Shown piece after piece: positions 63,121 through 64,000 of a DNA stretch of 64,000 nucleotides. A model generated the notes under the pieces. The model saw only the letters and a program-made list of their open reading frames with translations. It was not told the origin of the DNA and did no database searches. Origin of the DNA: Octopus sinensis (lineage: Eukaryota). Positions within the stretch are counted from its first letter, which is position 1. Each line of letters opens with the position of its first letter. The stretch lies in NCBI RefSeq assembly GCF_006345805.1, contig NC_043001.1:133920001-133984000 (forward strand). The letters run 5' to 3'. The position numbers and the translations under genes are program-made.

Positions 63121-63533
63121 GATCAACATCGATGGAAATTGCAGCTGTGATACCAGTGCCGGTGGTACGTAAAAGAACCAGCCGAACATGGCTGTTGCCA
63201 GCACAGCCCTGACTGGCCTCGTGCCGGTGGCACGTAAAAAGCACCATCCGATTGTGGCCGTTGTCAGCCTCACCTGGCTCCCTTGCTGGTGGTGCATAAA
63301 AAGCACCATCCGATCGTGGCCGTTTGGCAGCCTCGTCTGGCACCTGTGCTGGTGGCACGTAAAAAGCACCCACTACACTCACGGAGTGGTTGGCGTTAGG
63401 AAGGGCATCCAGCCATAGAAACATTGCCAGATCAGACTGGGCCTGGTGCAGCCTTCTGGCTTCCCAGACCCCAGTTGAACCGTCCAACCAATGCTAACAT
63501 GGAAAGCGGCGCTAAACGATGATGATGATGATG

Positions 63534-63535
<2 letters not shown>
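63121..63535 (+). mobile_element. SINE family A, longest copy, with internal ~60-bp tandem units
   Basis: ggtggcacgtaaaaagcacc occurs four times before the common 3' body and (GAT)n tail. Confidence 0.88.
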
Positions 63536-63566
<31 letters not shown>

Positions 63567-64000
63567 TCTATATCTATATCTGTAGTGACTGTCTAACTGA
63601 CACACACACACACACACACACACAGGTAAATATACAGATAGATGTATATAGACATACAGGTATATATACCCCACATGGACACTGCTAACACTATATCAAC
63701 AAATGTATGTCTAAAAATCATTAAGGATCTTAAGTGCCTCACTGTGCCTCCACCCCACACACCAAAAAATTCACAAGAATAACTTCTAGCAATTCTTGTA
63801 AGTGAGGAAATATCATCCAAATGCATAACAACTTTGAACATAAAGAAGCTTGACCTTCAAGAAATAGCGGGTAATCAACCCTCAAATCACATTAAAAATT
63901 GTCAGATGTAGTGGATAATGAAGTGCAAAGATATATGAATGAAAAGACAAACAGAATGGTTATAGTTAAAACATCTTTGATCATAGATCTATTTGATCAG

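Noticed and set aside
62-63841. Most of the supplied six-frame ORFs
   Set aside because: They translate SINEs and microsatellites ([12 protein letters not shown], recurring [16 protein letters not shown]). Only a few overlap BicC exons or LINE remnants.
58139-64000. BicC N-terminal exons and promoter
   Set aside because: No FRVDRKKLE- or EDFFQK-like coding sequence with splice sites was found; probably upstream of the window.

Overview
AT-rich, microsatellite- and SINE-dense animal genomic DNA. The repeat families resemble those of octopus, so a cephalopod origin is inferred, not proven. The window is dominated by one minus-strand protein-coding gene, Bicaudal-C (BicC/BICC1: KH/KH-like repeats, Ser/Pro/Asn-rich linker, SAM domain, C-terminal SGRW). 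I traced 19 GT-AG coding exons by hand from 58138 down to the stop at 8685. Their phases join into one open frame of 2454 nt (817 aa plus stop); the N-terminal exons were not found and probably lie beyond 64000. Introns and flanks hold at least five SINE families, RTE and CR1 LINE fragments, a decayed Tigger/pogo transposase, piggyBac/Tc1/hAT MITEs, four non-autonomous Helitrons, a Helentron/DINE-like element, two minisatellites, a tRNA-Glu half, and several Penelope-type elements carrying minimal hammerhead-ribozyme motifs. Best leads: (1) the KH exon at 40990-41202, which starts with a perfect donor sequence (recursive-splice-like) and encodes GRGD instead of the GXXG loop, one A-to-I edit away from GRGG; (2) the intronic minimal hammerhead elements and foldback palindromes. 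Nearly all supplied ORFs are repeat artefacts.
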